Of a DNA stretch of 64,000 nt, positions 25,388 to 38,125 are shown in pieces (the first letter of the stretch is position 1; every line of letters starts with the position of its first letter). Both the position numbers and the translations under genes were made by a program. The notes below the pieces were generated by a model. That model saw nothing but the letters and a program-made list of their open reading frames with translations. It had not been told where the DNA came from and made no database searches. Origin of the DNA: Mobula hypostoma (taxonomy: Eukaryota); contig NC_086108.1 of NCBI RefSeq assembly GCF_963921235.1, positions 105,402,001-105,466,000 of the forward strand. The letters are read 5' to 3'.

Positions 25388-25935
25388 CATCCTAGATGTC
25401 TAGATATGCAAGCCTGGGCAGTACGATATGGAGCTGTTGGCCATGTAGCAAGGTCCCCCGCTCCACGCATCTGATGGACCCAAAGGGACGGCAGAGACCA
25501 ATACAGTTTGGTACTAGCAGCGTCGTAGGAGTTGCCAGTCAACATTGAACTTATTGTAGGACTGCCTTAGGAACTTCAGCTCTGGATTTTCCCTTGGAAT
25601 TTACTCCTGAAGCCTTCCCCATGAATGGGTATAGCTGCAATGAAGCGGAGGTTTGAGATCAAAGTTTTCCTTCTCCAAGATGAGCTGCCAACCACGGCTG
25701 ATGAACCCCTCCTGCTCGTAACGATTCGTTTTAAGGCACCAGCAACCTGCCTTTGCCACTTCTCCTGTTAGTAGAAACGGTTCCACCAGGCTTAGTAGCT
25801 AATTCACACGTGAAGGCCAGGAGCTGGACTTCATTGTCAGAGGCTATTTGAGGCAGACGCCATTGGGAGCATTTAATACCTGGTAGGAGCTTGTCCCCAT
25901 TACCACCCCTGGCTATAAGAAATTTAAGGAACCAT
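25388..25935 (-). mobile_element. RTE-related non-autonomous retroposon
   Basis: RTE 5'-UTR-like ttttccttctccaagatgagctgccaaccacggctgatgaaccc; body shares segments with the SINE at 17960-18278. Confidence 0.5.
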
Positions 25936-26005
25936 TTGTGTGTATTACTTTGATTGCCAGGATCTGCAGATTGTCCCTTGTTTGTGATTCAACCACACTA
26001 CTTTA

Positions 26006-28270
26006 TAGAAACATAGAAACATAGAAAATAGGTGCAGGAGTAGGCCATTCAGCCCTTCGAGCCTGCACCGCCATTCAGTATGATCATGGCTGATCATCCA
26101 ACTCAGAACCCTGCACCAGCCTTCCCTCCATACCCCCTGATCCCTTTAGCCACGAGGGCCATATCTAACTCCCTCTTAAATATAGCCAATGAACTGGCCT
26201 CAACTGTTTCCTGTGGCAGAGAGTTCCACAGATTCACTACTTTCTGTCTGAAGAAGTTTTTCCTAATCTCGGTCCTAAAAGGCTTCCCCTTTATCCTCAA
26301 ACTGTGGCCTCTCGTTCTGGACTTCCCCAACATTGGGAACAATCTTCCTGCATCTAGCCTGTCCAATCCCTTTAGGATTTTATACGTTTCAATCAGATCC
26401 CCCCTCAATCTTCTAAATTCCAACGAGAATAAGCCTAGTTCATCCAGTCTTTCATCATATGAAAGTCCTGCCATCCCAGGAATCAATCTGGTGAACCTTC
26501 TTTGTACTCCCTCTATGGCAAGGATGTCTTTCCTCAGATTAGGGGACCAAAACTGCACACAATACTCCAGGTGTGGTCTCACCAAGGCCTTGTACAACTG
26601 CAGTAGTACCTCCCTGCTCCTGTACTCGAATCCTCTTGCTATAAATGCTAGCATACCATGCGCCCTTTTCACCGCCTGCTGTACCTGCATGCCCACTTTC
26701 AATGACTGGTGTATAATGACACCCAGGTCTTGTTGCACTCCCCTTTTCCTAATCGGCCACCATTCAGATAATAATCTGTTTTCCTGTTTTTACCACCGAA
26801 GTGGATAACTTCACATTTATCCACATTAAATTGCATCTGCCATGAATTTGCCCACTCACCTAACCTATCCAAGTCACCCCGCATCCTCTTAGCATCCTCC
26901 TCACAGCTAACACTGCCGCCTAGCTTCGTGTCATCCGCAAACTTGGAGATGCTGCATTTAATTCCCTCATCCAAGTCATTAATATATATTGTAAACAACT
27001 GGGGTCCCAGCACTGAGCCTTGCGTTACCCCACTAGTCACTGCCTGCCATTCTGAAAAGGTCCCATTTATTCTCACTCTTTGCTTCCTGTCTGCCAACCA
27101 ATTCTCCATCCACATCAATACCTCACCCCCAATACCGTGTGCTTTAAGTTTCCACACTAATCTCCAGAGTGGGACCTTGTCAAAAGCCTTTTGAAAATCC
27201 AAATATACCACATCCACTGGTTCTCCCCTATCTACTCTACTAGTTACATCCTCAAAAAATGCTATGAGATTCATCAGACATGATTTTCCTTTCACAAATC
27301 CATGCTGACTTTGTCCGATGATTTCACCGCTTTCCAAATGTGCTGTTATCACATCTTTGATAACTGACTCTAGCAGTTTCCCCACCACCGATGTCAGGCT
27401 AACCGGTCTATAATTCCCTGGTTTCTCTCTCCCTCCTTTTTTAAAAAGTGGGGTTACATTAGCCACCCTCCAATCCTCAGGAACTAGTCCAGAATCTAAC
27501 GAGTTTTGAAAAATTATCACTAATGCATCCACTATTTCTTGGGCTACTTCCTTAAGCACTCTGGGATGCAGACCATCTGGCCCTGGGGATTTATCTGCCT
27601 TTAATCCCTTCAATTTATCTAACACCACTTCCCTACTAACATGTATTTCGCTCAGTTCCTCCATGTCACTGGACCCTCTGTTCCCTACTATTTCCGGAAA
27701 ATTATTTATGTCCTCCTTAGTGAAGACAGAACCAAAGTAATTATTCAATTTGTCTGCCACGTCCTTGCTCCCCATAATCGATTCACCTGTTTCTGTCTGT
27801 AGGGGACCTACATTTGTCTTAACCAATCTTTTTCTTTTCACATATCTATAAAAGCTTTTACAGTCAGTTTTTATGTTCCCTGCCAGTTTTCTCTTATAAT
27901 CTTTTTTCCCCTTCCTAATTAAGCCCTTTGTCCTCCTCTGCTGAACTCTGAATTTCTCCCAGTCCTCAGGTGAGCCACTTTTTCTGGCTAATTTGTATGC
28001 TTCTTCTTTGGAATTGATACTATCCCTAATTTCCCTTGTTAGCCACGGGTGCACTACCTTCCTTGATTTATTCTTTTGCCAAACTGGGATGAACAATTGT
28101 TGTAGTTCATCTATGCGATCTTTAAATGCTTGGCATTGCACATCCACCGTCAACCCTTTAAGTGTCATTTGCCAGTCTATCTTGGCTAATTCACGTCTCA
28201 TACTTTCAAAGTTACCCTTCTTTAAGTTCAGAACCTTTGTTTCTGAATTAACTATGTCACTCTCCATCTT
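26006..28270 (-). mobile_element. Young 5'-truncated CR1 LINE, RT ORF broken by one frameshift; (CTATGTTT)n tail
   Basis: ORFs 26699-28267 (522 aa, KFADDTK) and 26103-26738; single G loss near 26738 (gaggtg>gagtg). Confidence 0.95.
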
Positions 28271-28949
28271 ATCATTTATCAGTTAACTTTATCAGTTCCT
28301 ATTAGTCATTTTACACTGTACCGAGCATCACTTTATGGACATGCAATCAATATGTACATAAGCTATCTTTATTTACCGTGTTTTTATTATTCTATTCCTT
28401 GTCTTATTGTATTTTTTTTGTGGTGCATCAGATTTGGAGTAACAATTATTTCATTCTCCTTTATACTTGTCTTCTGAAAATGACATTTAACAATCTAGAA
28501 TCTTGAAATATTGATTGTTTATTCCCCTGCATAGATGCTGCCTGACTTGCTGAGTTCCTCCAGCATTTTATGTGTGTTGTTTGGGATTTCCAGCATCTGC
28601 AGAATCTCTTGGGTTTAAAATATACTCCTCAGAATTTTGAAGAACTATATTAAATATCATGTGAGCTTGTCAATTTAAGGGATAGCAACACAGGATGTTC
28701 TAGTCTTTCTGTACTGAGTACATTTCAGTCAAATGCTTCCTTATTAATGAGTCGCTGTTCAAGCAGAGCATCAGAAAGGCACACATAAACCTCAATTTCA
28801 TCACATTTTACAGTTCCTGTAATGCCATTTTGTACCTAACAGCTCATTAACTGCTCATTAACAGCTCATTCAATGTTCACAAAATCTTGTTTTCCACAAT
28901 CCGACTGTGTCTCGGGGCTAGCGAGAGACTTTCATTTCCTCTGATCTTA

Positions 28950-29180
28950 CTGATGAGACATTATGCCAAGACCTCTTTCTGCTCTCTCAGGTGGGCATAA
29001 CAGATCCTCTGGTATTATCTTGTGGAGAGGATGAGGTAGTTTTCTGCAAAGTCCTTGCCAGTGCAGAGCCCTCTACCATCATCACTCAGACAGATTACCT
29101 GGTCATTATTACATTGTTTGTGGAACCTTGCTGTGTGCATTTTGGCTTAAAAATAGTTTAGGGAAATTCTGGGGATGCAA
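28950..29180 (+). mobile_element. Ancient Deu-domain SINE fragment (AmnSINE1/SacSINE1-like)
   Basis: ctctcaggtgggcataacagatcc...acagattacctggtcattattacattgtttgtggaaccttgctgtgtgcattttggct resembles the DeuSINE central domain as recalled. Confidence 0.65.
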
Positions 29181-29199
29181 AAATTGCAGTATTCAAAGA

Positions 29200-30560
29200 C
29201 TCAAGAATTGTGCAGATGCTGGAGATCTTGAGCAACACACACAAAACACTAGATAACCCAGACAGGCAGGCAGCATCTGTGGAGAGGAATAAAGAGTTGA
29301 TGTTTCAGGCAAAACCTGTCATTGGGTTGTCATGAGCTCCACCTTGTCCCTGACAACTGTTCCTAAAAGTAGACAAGAGATTCTGGAGATGCAAGAAACT
29401 TTGAGAACTCAGTAAGTCAGGCAGCATCTATAGATGGGAATAAATATTTAATGTTTCAGGCCAAAGCTCTTCATTATGACTGTGTAGGAAGGGGAGGAAG
29501 CCAGATTAAGAAGATAGGGGACAGGTGAGAGGTGACCAGAGTGTAGCCCCCTCTGGCCAGCCTCAGGGTCGCTCAGCTTGCTGTCGTCTAGGGAAACAGC
29601 CTCGGCCCCACCAAACTGGGTAATTAGTTTGTGTGGATGCTGTGTGATGTACCCCACCCCGCCCAAATAACAGACAATACACCAGACACGATTAAATGAT
29701 TTACAGTTTATAGATATTACTGGAACTATATAATTAATAGAGAATAAAATATAAAAGGAAAATAAAAGGTGCCACACTTATCAAAGTTCAATCTCTTCAT
29801 GCACAAACAGTTGGAGCTCAGGAGCCTTCCTCTTCACCCTGCGACCCCTCGGACCACCTCGACTGGCCACCTGGGACCAACAATGGTGGTCGACCAGATG
29901 CTCCACACAAGTCCCTCTCCTTGCCGAATGCCCTCCTCGGGGTCCGACCCCGTTAGCAGACGTCACAGCACCTGGTCCATCCTCTGTTTCTCTCTTCTGC
30001 CTTCTGCCCCAAAACCCCGCACATACAGTATCTTCAAATACACCAAAAACATAACAACTATCCCAATTGGTTCGTAACATATTCTTATCACACTCTAAAC
30101 CAAAACAAGCTGATAGCGCAAAAACTTTCTCAGTGCTTAACAGAACAAAGAAGCATTCCCAAGTATAACATAATAAAGAAGCCATTTTAATTAGCCTACG
30201 CAGTAACGTAAGAGACAGAACCCCCTTATAAGAGGTAGGTGGATAAGTGGGACAATGAAGTAAGAAGCTGGGAGGGGGTAGGCAGAAGAGGTAAAGGGCT
30301 GAAGAAGAAAGATTCTAGGAATATAGGAAAGGGCAGTGAACCATAGAAGAAAGGAAAGGAGAAGGGGCATCAGTAGGCAGTGATGTGAGGTGATGAAGAG
30401 GTCTGCTGCCACACACACAAAATGTTGGAGGAACACAGGACAGGCAGCACTTTTTAGGGGCATAAACAGTTGATGTCTCAGGTCAAGACCCCTCATCAGG
30501 ACTGGAAAGGAAGGCAGAATAAGAAGGTGGAAGGAGGTGACAGAATGCAAGCTGCCAGGT
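29200..30560 (-). mobile_element. Cluster of three same-orientation PLE 3' fragments, one split by a solo LTR
   Basis: Terminal modules at about 29200-29330, 29370-29480 and 30408-30505. Confidence 0.7.
29542..30230. mobile_element. Solo LTR (probably Gypsy-type)
   Basis: Starts TGTAG, ends CTTATA (CA>TA presumed); 4-bp TSD agag at 29538-29541 and 30231-30234; no coding capacity; flanks rejoin into a PLE UTR. Confidence 0.7.
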
Positions 30561-30884
30561 GGTAGAGAAGATGGGGTTATTCTCAAATAATCTTCTCCTT
30601 TTTGCGTCTAGTTTGCCTTCATGTCAGCGTGCTTTCCTCTCATCCTCTCCCCGACAAACAGTGAGAATGAAGAACATGGACAAAATGCTGGAGGAACTAA
30701 CAGCTCATTTTTCTTTTCCTCCAGCATCAGACTTTTGAATGAACAATGAACTTATTTTTTGGACCTCTCTAAAAATATGTAACTATATAAATTTCTTATC
30801 GTAATTAATAGTATTTGTATGTATTGCGCTCTACTGCTGCCATAAAACAGCAAATTCCATTATATATAATCGTGATATGGGGGA

Positions 30885-31140
30885 GGTACGGCATGGTAGT
30901 GTAGTGGTTAGCACAACACTGTAGAGTAACACCAGTCGGGGTTTAATTCCCACTGCCGTTTATCAGGAGTTTGTACATTCTCCCCATGACCATGACCATC
31001 ACCACAGTTCAGTTGGGAGGTTAATTGGCCATTATCAATTGTGCCGTGATTAGGCTGGGATTAAATCAGAGGTTACTACACAGTGTGGCTCGAAGGGCCA
31101 GAAGGGTCTATTCCACTCTCTATCTCAATAAATAAGTAAA
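30885..31140 (+). mobile_element. tRNA-derived V-SINE (HE1-like); further copies near 31705-31945, 40985-41180(-), 43235-43495, 44745-45000(-), 53735-54025(-), 55380-55670(-)
   Basis: Head gtagtgtagtggttagc...ggtttaattccc; central ggagtttgtacattctcccc; CR1-like 3' end ctcgaagggccagaagggtct; aataaataa tail. Confidence 0.75.
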
Positions 31141-31945
31141 TATTGATTGTATGTCCATAAAGTGACACCAGACACAGGAGTGCTAGTACATAAAGCGACT
31201 CTGACCTCCCACCTACTTGTAAATATTGAGCCCTTGAGTTCCTATCTTTTCACCTATTTTACATCCTTTTCTGTACTAGCATGTAGGAGAGTGGTGGTGG
31301 GGGGAAAGGTTTGGGTAGTATTGGGCAGATTGCATTTAGCTGCAGAATAAATTGCATATATTAGCATTAAATTTGCATTACGGAGAACACAGAGCCCAGC
31401 ATCACTTTATGGACATACAATCAATCTATGTATATAAGCTCGCTTATGTATTTATATTTAATATGTTTTTTATTATTGTTTTCTTTACTTTCTTGTGTTT
31501 TGAGCTGCATCAAGATTCAAAATTGTTTAATGTCCTTTCCAGTACACAAATATAAAGGAGAAATATAAAATAATTCTTTCTCTGGATCTGATGCAGTGAA
31601 AAAATAAAATCACAATCAGATAAAAGACACAGTAGTTTAGAAAAATACACAATAAATATAAATACATAAAATACAATAAACATAAATACATAATTACATA
31701 CATAACACAGTAGTGTTATGGTTAGCATAACGCTTTACAGTACAGGTGACCCCGTTTCAATTCCCACCTCTGTCTATAAGGAGTATGTACAGTCTTCCCA
31801 TGGCCCTATGGATTTCCTCCCTTAGTCCAAAGATGTATCGGTTGGTAGGTCATTGGAAATCGTCCTTAAATTAAGCTAAGGTTAAAAATATTTGGGGTTG
31901 CTGGGTGTCACGGCTCAAAGGGCCAGAATGGTCTCAATCTCAATA

Positions 31946-32255
31946 CATATATAGGCATCCGTTAGTCTCGTGAGACCATGGATTTGCGCCTTGGAAGGTA
32001 CCCAGGGCGCAGGCCTGGGCAAGGTTGTATGGAAGACCGGCAGTTGCCCATGCTGCAAGTCTCCCCTCTCCATGCCACCGATGTTGTCCAAGGGAAGGGC
32101 ACCAGGGCCGATACGGCTTGGCACCGGCGTCGTCGCAGAGCAATGTGTGGTTCAGTGCCTTGCTCAAGGACACACACGCTGCCTCAGCTGAGGCTCGAAC
32201 TAGCGACCTTCAGATTACTAGACCGACGCCTTAACCACTTGGCCACATGCCAACA
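31946..32255 (-). mobile_element. tRNA-derived CORE-like SINE with 13-bp TSD
   Basis: Same family as 17960-18278; TSD ctcaatctcaata at 31933-31945 and 32256-32268. Confidence 0.85.
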
Positions 32256-32360
32256 CTCAATCTCAATAAATAAGTAAATATTAAACCCGATTCTGATTCT
32301 GAAGCTGCGTTTACGGATGAAACTAATGTTTTGGGCTGAGTCCCTTCATTAGGACTGAAA

Positions 32361-35300
32361 TTGGGTCACTGTCAGGCGAGGAAAGAGGAAAGGACAGGCA
32401 GAGCAGGGTTCCCCTGCGGCAATTCCCCTCAACAACAAGTATACCGCATTGGATACTGTTGGAGGGGATGACTTACCTGGGACAAGCTGCAGTAGCCGGA
32501 TCTCTGGCACTGAGTCTGGCTCTGCAGTGCAGAAGGGAGGGGGGGAAAAGAGGAGAGCAGTAGTGATAGGAGACTCGATAGTTAGAGGTGCAGATAGGAG
32601 GTTCTGTGGTCGTGACAGAGAATCCAGGATGGTTTGTTCCCTCCCGGGTGCCAGGGTCAAGGATGTCTCTGATCGATTGCATGACATTCTGAAGTGGGAG
32701 GGTTACCAGCCAGATGTCGTGGTGCACATCGGTACCAATGACATAGCAAGGAAGTGGCTGAGGAACTGGTGTAGGGGGCAGGGTTTCAGATTTCAGGATC
32801 ATTGGGACCTCTTCTGGGGCAGGTGGGACCTGCACAAGAGAGACGGGTTACACTTGAACTACAGGGGGACCAATATCCTTTCAGGGAGGTTTGTTAGTGC
32901 TATTGGGGAGGCTTTAAACTAGATTTGCAGGGGGATGGGAACCAGAGTGCCAGAGCTGACAGTGTGGCTGGGGTGAAAATAAATGATGTTAAAAGTTCAA
33001 GCAAATCGGCTAATAGAAAGGTTGTGAGTGGTGGTAAAAATCTTCTGAGGTGTATATATTTCAATGCTAGGAGCATTGCGGGGAAGGCGGATGAGTTGAG
33101 GGCATGGATTGACATGTGGATTTATGACGTTATAGCAATTAGTGAAACTTGGCTACAGGAGGGGCAGGACTGGCAGCTTAATATTCCAGGGTTCCGATGT
33201 TTCAGATGTGACCGAGGCAGAGGAATGAAAGGTGGGGCAGTAGCATTGCTTGTTAGGGAAAATATTACAGCAGTGCTCAGGCAGGACAGATTAGAGGGTT
33301 TGTCTGCTGAGTTCTTATGGGTGGAGCTGAGAAACAGGAAAGGTATGGCCACATTAGTGGGATTGTATTACAGACCACCCAATAGTCAATGAGAATTGGA
33401 AGAGCAAATCTGCAGAGAGATAGCAGGCAACTGCAGGAAACATAAAGTTGTGGTGGTAGGAGATTTTAATTTTCCATACATTGATTGGGACTTCCATACT
33501 GTTAGGGGTCTAGATGGTTTAGAGTTTGTCAAATGTGTTCAGGAAAGTTTTCTAAATCAATATATAGAGGGACCAACTAGAGGGGATGCAATATTGGATC
33601 TCCTGTTAGGAAACGAGTTAGGACAAGTGACAGAGGTCTGTGTAGGGAGCACTTTGGTTCCAGTGATCATAACACCAGTAGTTTCAACTTGATCATGGAC
33701 AAGGATAGATCTGGTCCTAGGGTTGAGGTTCTTAACTGAAGAAGGCCAAATTTGAAGAAATGAGAAAGGATCTAAAAAGCGTGGATTGGGACAGGTTGTT
33801 CTCTGGCAAGGATGTGATCGGTAGGTGGGAAGCCATCAAAGGAGAAATTTTGAGAGTGCAGAATTTGTATGTTCCTGTTAGGATTAAAGGCAAAGTGAAT
33901 AGGAATAAGGAACCTTGGGTCTCAAGGGATATTGCAACTCTGATAAAGAAGAAGAGGGAGTTGTATGACTTGTATAGGAAGCAGGGAGTAAATAAGGTGC
34001 TTGAGGAGTATAAGAAGTGCAAGAAAATACTTAAGAAAGAAATCAGGAGGGCTAAAAGAAGACATGAGGTTGCCTTGGCAGTCAAAGTGAAGGATAATCC
34101 AAAGAGATAATACAGGTATATTAAGAGCAAAAGGAATGTAAGGGATAAAATTGGTCCTCTTGAAGATCAGAGTGGTCGGCTATGTGCAGAACCAAAGGAA
34201 ATGGGGGAGATCTTAAATAGGTTTTTTGCGTCTGTATTTACTAAGAAACTGGCATGAAGTCTATGGAATTAAGGGAAACAAGTAGTGAGATCATAGAAAT
34301 TGTACAGATCGAAAAGGAGGGGGTCCTTGCTGTCTTGAGGAAAATTAAAGTGGATAAATCCCTGGGACCTGACAGGGTGTTCCCTCGGACCTTGAAGGAG
34401 ACTAGTGTTGAAATTGCGGGGGCCCTGGCAGAAATATTTAAAATGTCGCTGTCTACAGGTGAGGTGCCGGAGGATTGGAGAGTGGGTCATGTTGTTCCGT
34501 TGTTTAAAAAAGGATCGAAAAGTAATCCAGGAAATTATAGGCCAGTAAATTTAAAGTCGGTAGTAGGTAAGTTATTGTAGGGAGTACTAAGAGTCAGAAT
34601 CTACAAGCATTTGGATAGACAGGGACTTATTAGGGAGAGTCAACATGGCTTTGTGCGTGGTAGGTCATGTTTGACCATTTATTGGAGTTTTTCGAGGAGG
34701 TTACCAGGAAAGTGGATGAAGGGAGGGCAGTGGATATTGTCTACGTGGACTTCAGTAAGGCCTTTGACAAGGTCCCACATGGGAGGTTAGTTAGGAAAAT
34801 TCAGTCACTAGGTATACATGGAGAGGTGGTAAATTGGATTAGACATTGGCTCAATGGAAGAAGCCAAAGAGTGGTAGTAGAGAATTGCTTCTCCGAGTGG
34901 AGGCCTGTGACTAGTGGTATGCCACAGGGATCAGTGCTGGGTCCATTGTTTTTGTCATCTATATCAATGATTTGGATGATAATGTGGTAAATTGGATCAG
35001 CAAATTTGCTGATGATACAAAGATTGGAGGTGTAGTAGACAGCGAGGATGTTTTCAGAGCCTGCAGAGGGACTAGGACCAGCAGGAAAAATGGGCTGAAA
35101 AATGGCAGATGGAGTTTAATACAGACAAGTGTGAGGTATTGCACGTTGGAAGGACAAACCAAGATAGAACATACAGGGTTAATGGTAAGGCACTGAGGAG
35201 TGCAGTGGAACAGAGGGATCTGGGAATACAGATACAAAATTCCCTACAAGTAACGTCACAGGTAGATAGGGTGGTAAAGAGAGCTTTTGGTACATTGGCC

Positions 35301-35925
35301 TTTATTAATCAAAGTATTGAGTATAAGAGCTGGAATGTTATGATGAGGTTTTATAAAGCATTGGTGAGGCCGAGTCTGGAGTATTGTGTTCAGTTTTGGT
35401 CACCAAATTACAGGAAGGATATAAATAAGGTTGAAAGAGTGCAGAGAAGGTTTACAAGGATGTTGCGGGACTTGAGAAACTCAGTTACAGAGAAAGGTTG
35501 AATAGATTAGGACTTTATTCCCTGGAGTGTAGAAGAATGAGGGGAGATCTCATAGAGGTATATAAAATTATGATGGGTATTGATAGAGTGAATGCAAGCA
35601 GGCTTTTTCCACTGAGGCAAGGGGAGAAAAAAACCAGAGGACATGGGTTAAGGGTGAGGGGGGGAAAAGTTTAAAGGGAACATTGGGGGGGCTTCTTCAC
35701 ACAGAGAGTGGTGGGAGTGTGGAATGAGCTGCCAGACAAGGTGGTAAATGTGGGTTCTTTTTTAACATTTAAGAATAAATTGGACAGATACATGGATGGG
35801 AGGCGTATGGAGGGATATGGTCCGTGTGCAGGTCAGTGGGACTAGGCAGAAAATGATTCGGCACAGCCAAGAAGGGCCAAAGGGCCTGTTTCTGTGCTGT
35901 AGTTTCTATGGTTCTATGGTTCTAT
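32361..35925 (+). mobile_element. CR1 LINE with ORF1 esterase (in-frame deletion) and full-length but frameshifted ORF2; (CTATGGTT)n tail
   Basis: AVVIGDSIVRG...VVVHIGTND; LRCIYFNARSI, YDVIAISETW, KFADDTK; ORFs 32449-35501. Confidence 0.95.
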
Positions 35926-36346
35926 GAAGGAGACATCAATCCTGACTGATGTGATAGAATGATCATGGTACGACTAAAGCAGCTACAGTTATTCAGTCAC
36001 AAAAGCAATTCCTTAAAGCTGAGGCAATATCAGTAGCTTCACTTCACCTCAGTGCATGTGACTGGCGGTGGTTGACCGTCTTGTCCAACGATGATAGGAA
36101 ACCTGTGCGGGTGCAGTTTTAAAGCAGTCCTAGTGTAGGGGAACGACCCAGTGTTTGCCGGGCTGGATGGATTGAAAAGGCAGGGTGTCGGGACCAGAGG
36201 TGAGGGTCAAGCCAGTTCTGCTCGCTGCTCCACTACGTTTACTCCTCTCTCTCTGCGGTACTAAGGCTGAAACTATGGGCTTGCTCTGATCTTCGTGTCT
36301 GCGAGCTTCACGAGGGTTTGCCCTGCTGGGTGCACTGAGGCTGAAG

Positions 36347-36899
36347 CTGTGGGCCTGCTCTGGCTGCTCTGTGGGTCTGCTCTGGCTGCTCTGTGAGTCT
36401 GCTCTGGCTGCTCTGTGGGTCTGCTCTGGCTGCTCCACGGGTCTGCTCTGGCTGATCTGTGAGTATGCTCTGGCTGCTCCGTGGGCCTGCTCTGGCTGCT
36501 CTGTGGGTCTGCTCTGGCTGCTCCATGGGCCTGCTCTGGCTGCTCTGTGAGTCTGCTCTGGCTGCTCCGTGGGGCTGCTCTGGCTGCTCTGTGAGTCTGC
36601 TCTGGCTGATCTGTGAGTCTGCTCTGGCTGCTCCGTGGGCCTGCTCTGGCTGCTCTGTGGGTCTGCTCTGGCTGCTCCGCGGGCCTGCTCTGGCTGCGCT
36701 GTGAGTCTGCTCTGGCTGCTCCGCGGGCCTGCTCTGGCTGCTCTGTGAGTCTGCTCTGGCTGCTCTGTGAGTCTGCTCTGGCTGCTCTGTGGGTCTGCTC
36801 TGGCTGCTCTGTGGGCCTGCTCTGGCTGCTCCGTGGGCCTGCTCTGGCTGCTCTGTGAGTCTGCTCTGGCTGCTCCGTGGGCCTGCTCTGGCTGCTCTG
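36347..36899. repeat. 22-bp minisatellite, about 25 copies (ctgtgggcctgctctggctgct variants)
   Basis: Visible periodicity; embedded in a dispersed repeat homologous to about 56350-56690. Confidence 0.95.
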
Positions 36900-37149
36900 C
36901 GCCACGTCTCTATGGACTCACTTTCATTCTGAATGCTGTTGCTTGCTTCTATTGTTTGCACGGTGTGTGTTTCTTCTCTGTCTGTGCATTGGGTGTTTGC
37001 TGGTCTTTTTCTTAACATTTTTGGGTTTCAGATAAGCAGACGAATCACAATTTTGTATAATTTATACATACTTTGAGATACTAAATGTACTTTGAACTTT
37101 GGAAAATCCATTCCACTGGAACAGTTCCACTCTCTCATCCTCCAACAAA

Positions 37150-37525
37150 TGTCACAAACTGGGGTTTTCCTTGGTTGCAGTGGATGACCATGTCATCGTC
37201 TGTGCCTTGTCATGTTCTTCACACTCCATGGGGTGTTGGATCTCATTGTAGATCTCATCCAGCCAGAGCTGACTTGATAATCTAGGACAGGCATGTCCCT
37301 ATCTCACTGGGGTATGAGGCTGCCAGACCCTCACCTGGTGTAGATCTCCTGTCGAAGCAGTGTACTGGGGTGTGGCCGCTGTCACATGCAAACTGCTACT
37401 TGGAGCCACAGGCGAGAGCTGAGTGTTTGGCGGGGACCAAAGTTGAGTGAGCTGATCTGGGGTTGGACATGACAGGCCCCTTCACCAGAGCTACTGGCCC
37501 TCCCTGGATACCCCACACATCCCAC
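37150..37525 (-). mobile_element. Probable RTE-related non-autonomous retroposon
   Basis: GC-rich, non-coding, RTE-like 5'UTR/3' segments; family uncertain. Confidence 0.4.
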
Positions 37526-37609
37526 ATGTGATTATAATAAACTGGTTTACTAACTTACCAACAGAGCTTTAACAAGGTAAGTTCAGTGTATGGTAAACAG
37601 CTACGCAGG

Positions 37610-38040
37610 ACACTTTAGAGGAAGAGAAGGAGTCTTTTGGAAGCTTTAGAGAGGGTGCAGAGGAGATTCACCAGGATGATGCATACCCTGTGGGGATATG
37701 TGTACCAGATGATAAGAGGCAAAGGTCGCGTGGACAGCCAGAGGCTTTTTTCCAGGGATGAAATGGCTCATGCAAGGAGACATAAAGGTGATTTTGGGAA
37801 CATATAGGAGGGATGTCAGAGGTAATTTATTTTCCATGGGGGTTTATAGGGGTGTGGAATGCCCTGCCAGGAATAGTGTAGTGACAGATACATCGGGGAC
37901 GTTTCAGATAGGCACATGGATGATAGAAAAACCGAGGGCTTTGTGTGAGGGAAGGGTTAGGTTGATCTTAGAGTAGGTTAAAAGGTCAGCACAACGTCAT
38001 GGACTGAGGGGATTGTACTGTGCTGCGGCGTTCCATGCTC
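37610..38040 (+). mobile_element. CR1 3' fragment, degenerate
   Basis: LERVQRRFTRM remnant and CR1 3' UTR. Confidence 0.75.
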
Positions 38041-38125
38041 CGTGTTTGGTGTGCACTCTTCTGAGCGTTCAGACACTCGTATCTGAAACTCGTAAATTGT
38101 AAATCTGTAAATTGTTTTCTTATTT

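Noticed and set aside
26080..26808. 242-aa plus-strand ORF
   Set aside because: Antisense shadow of the CR1 RT C-terminus
36273..37018. 210-aa and 236-aa minus-strand ORFs
   Set aside because: Translations of the stop-free 22-bp minisatellite; no domain evidence
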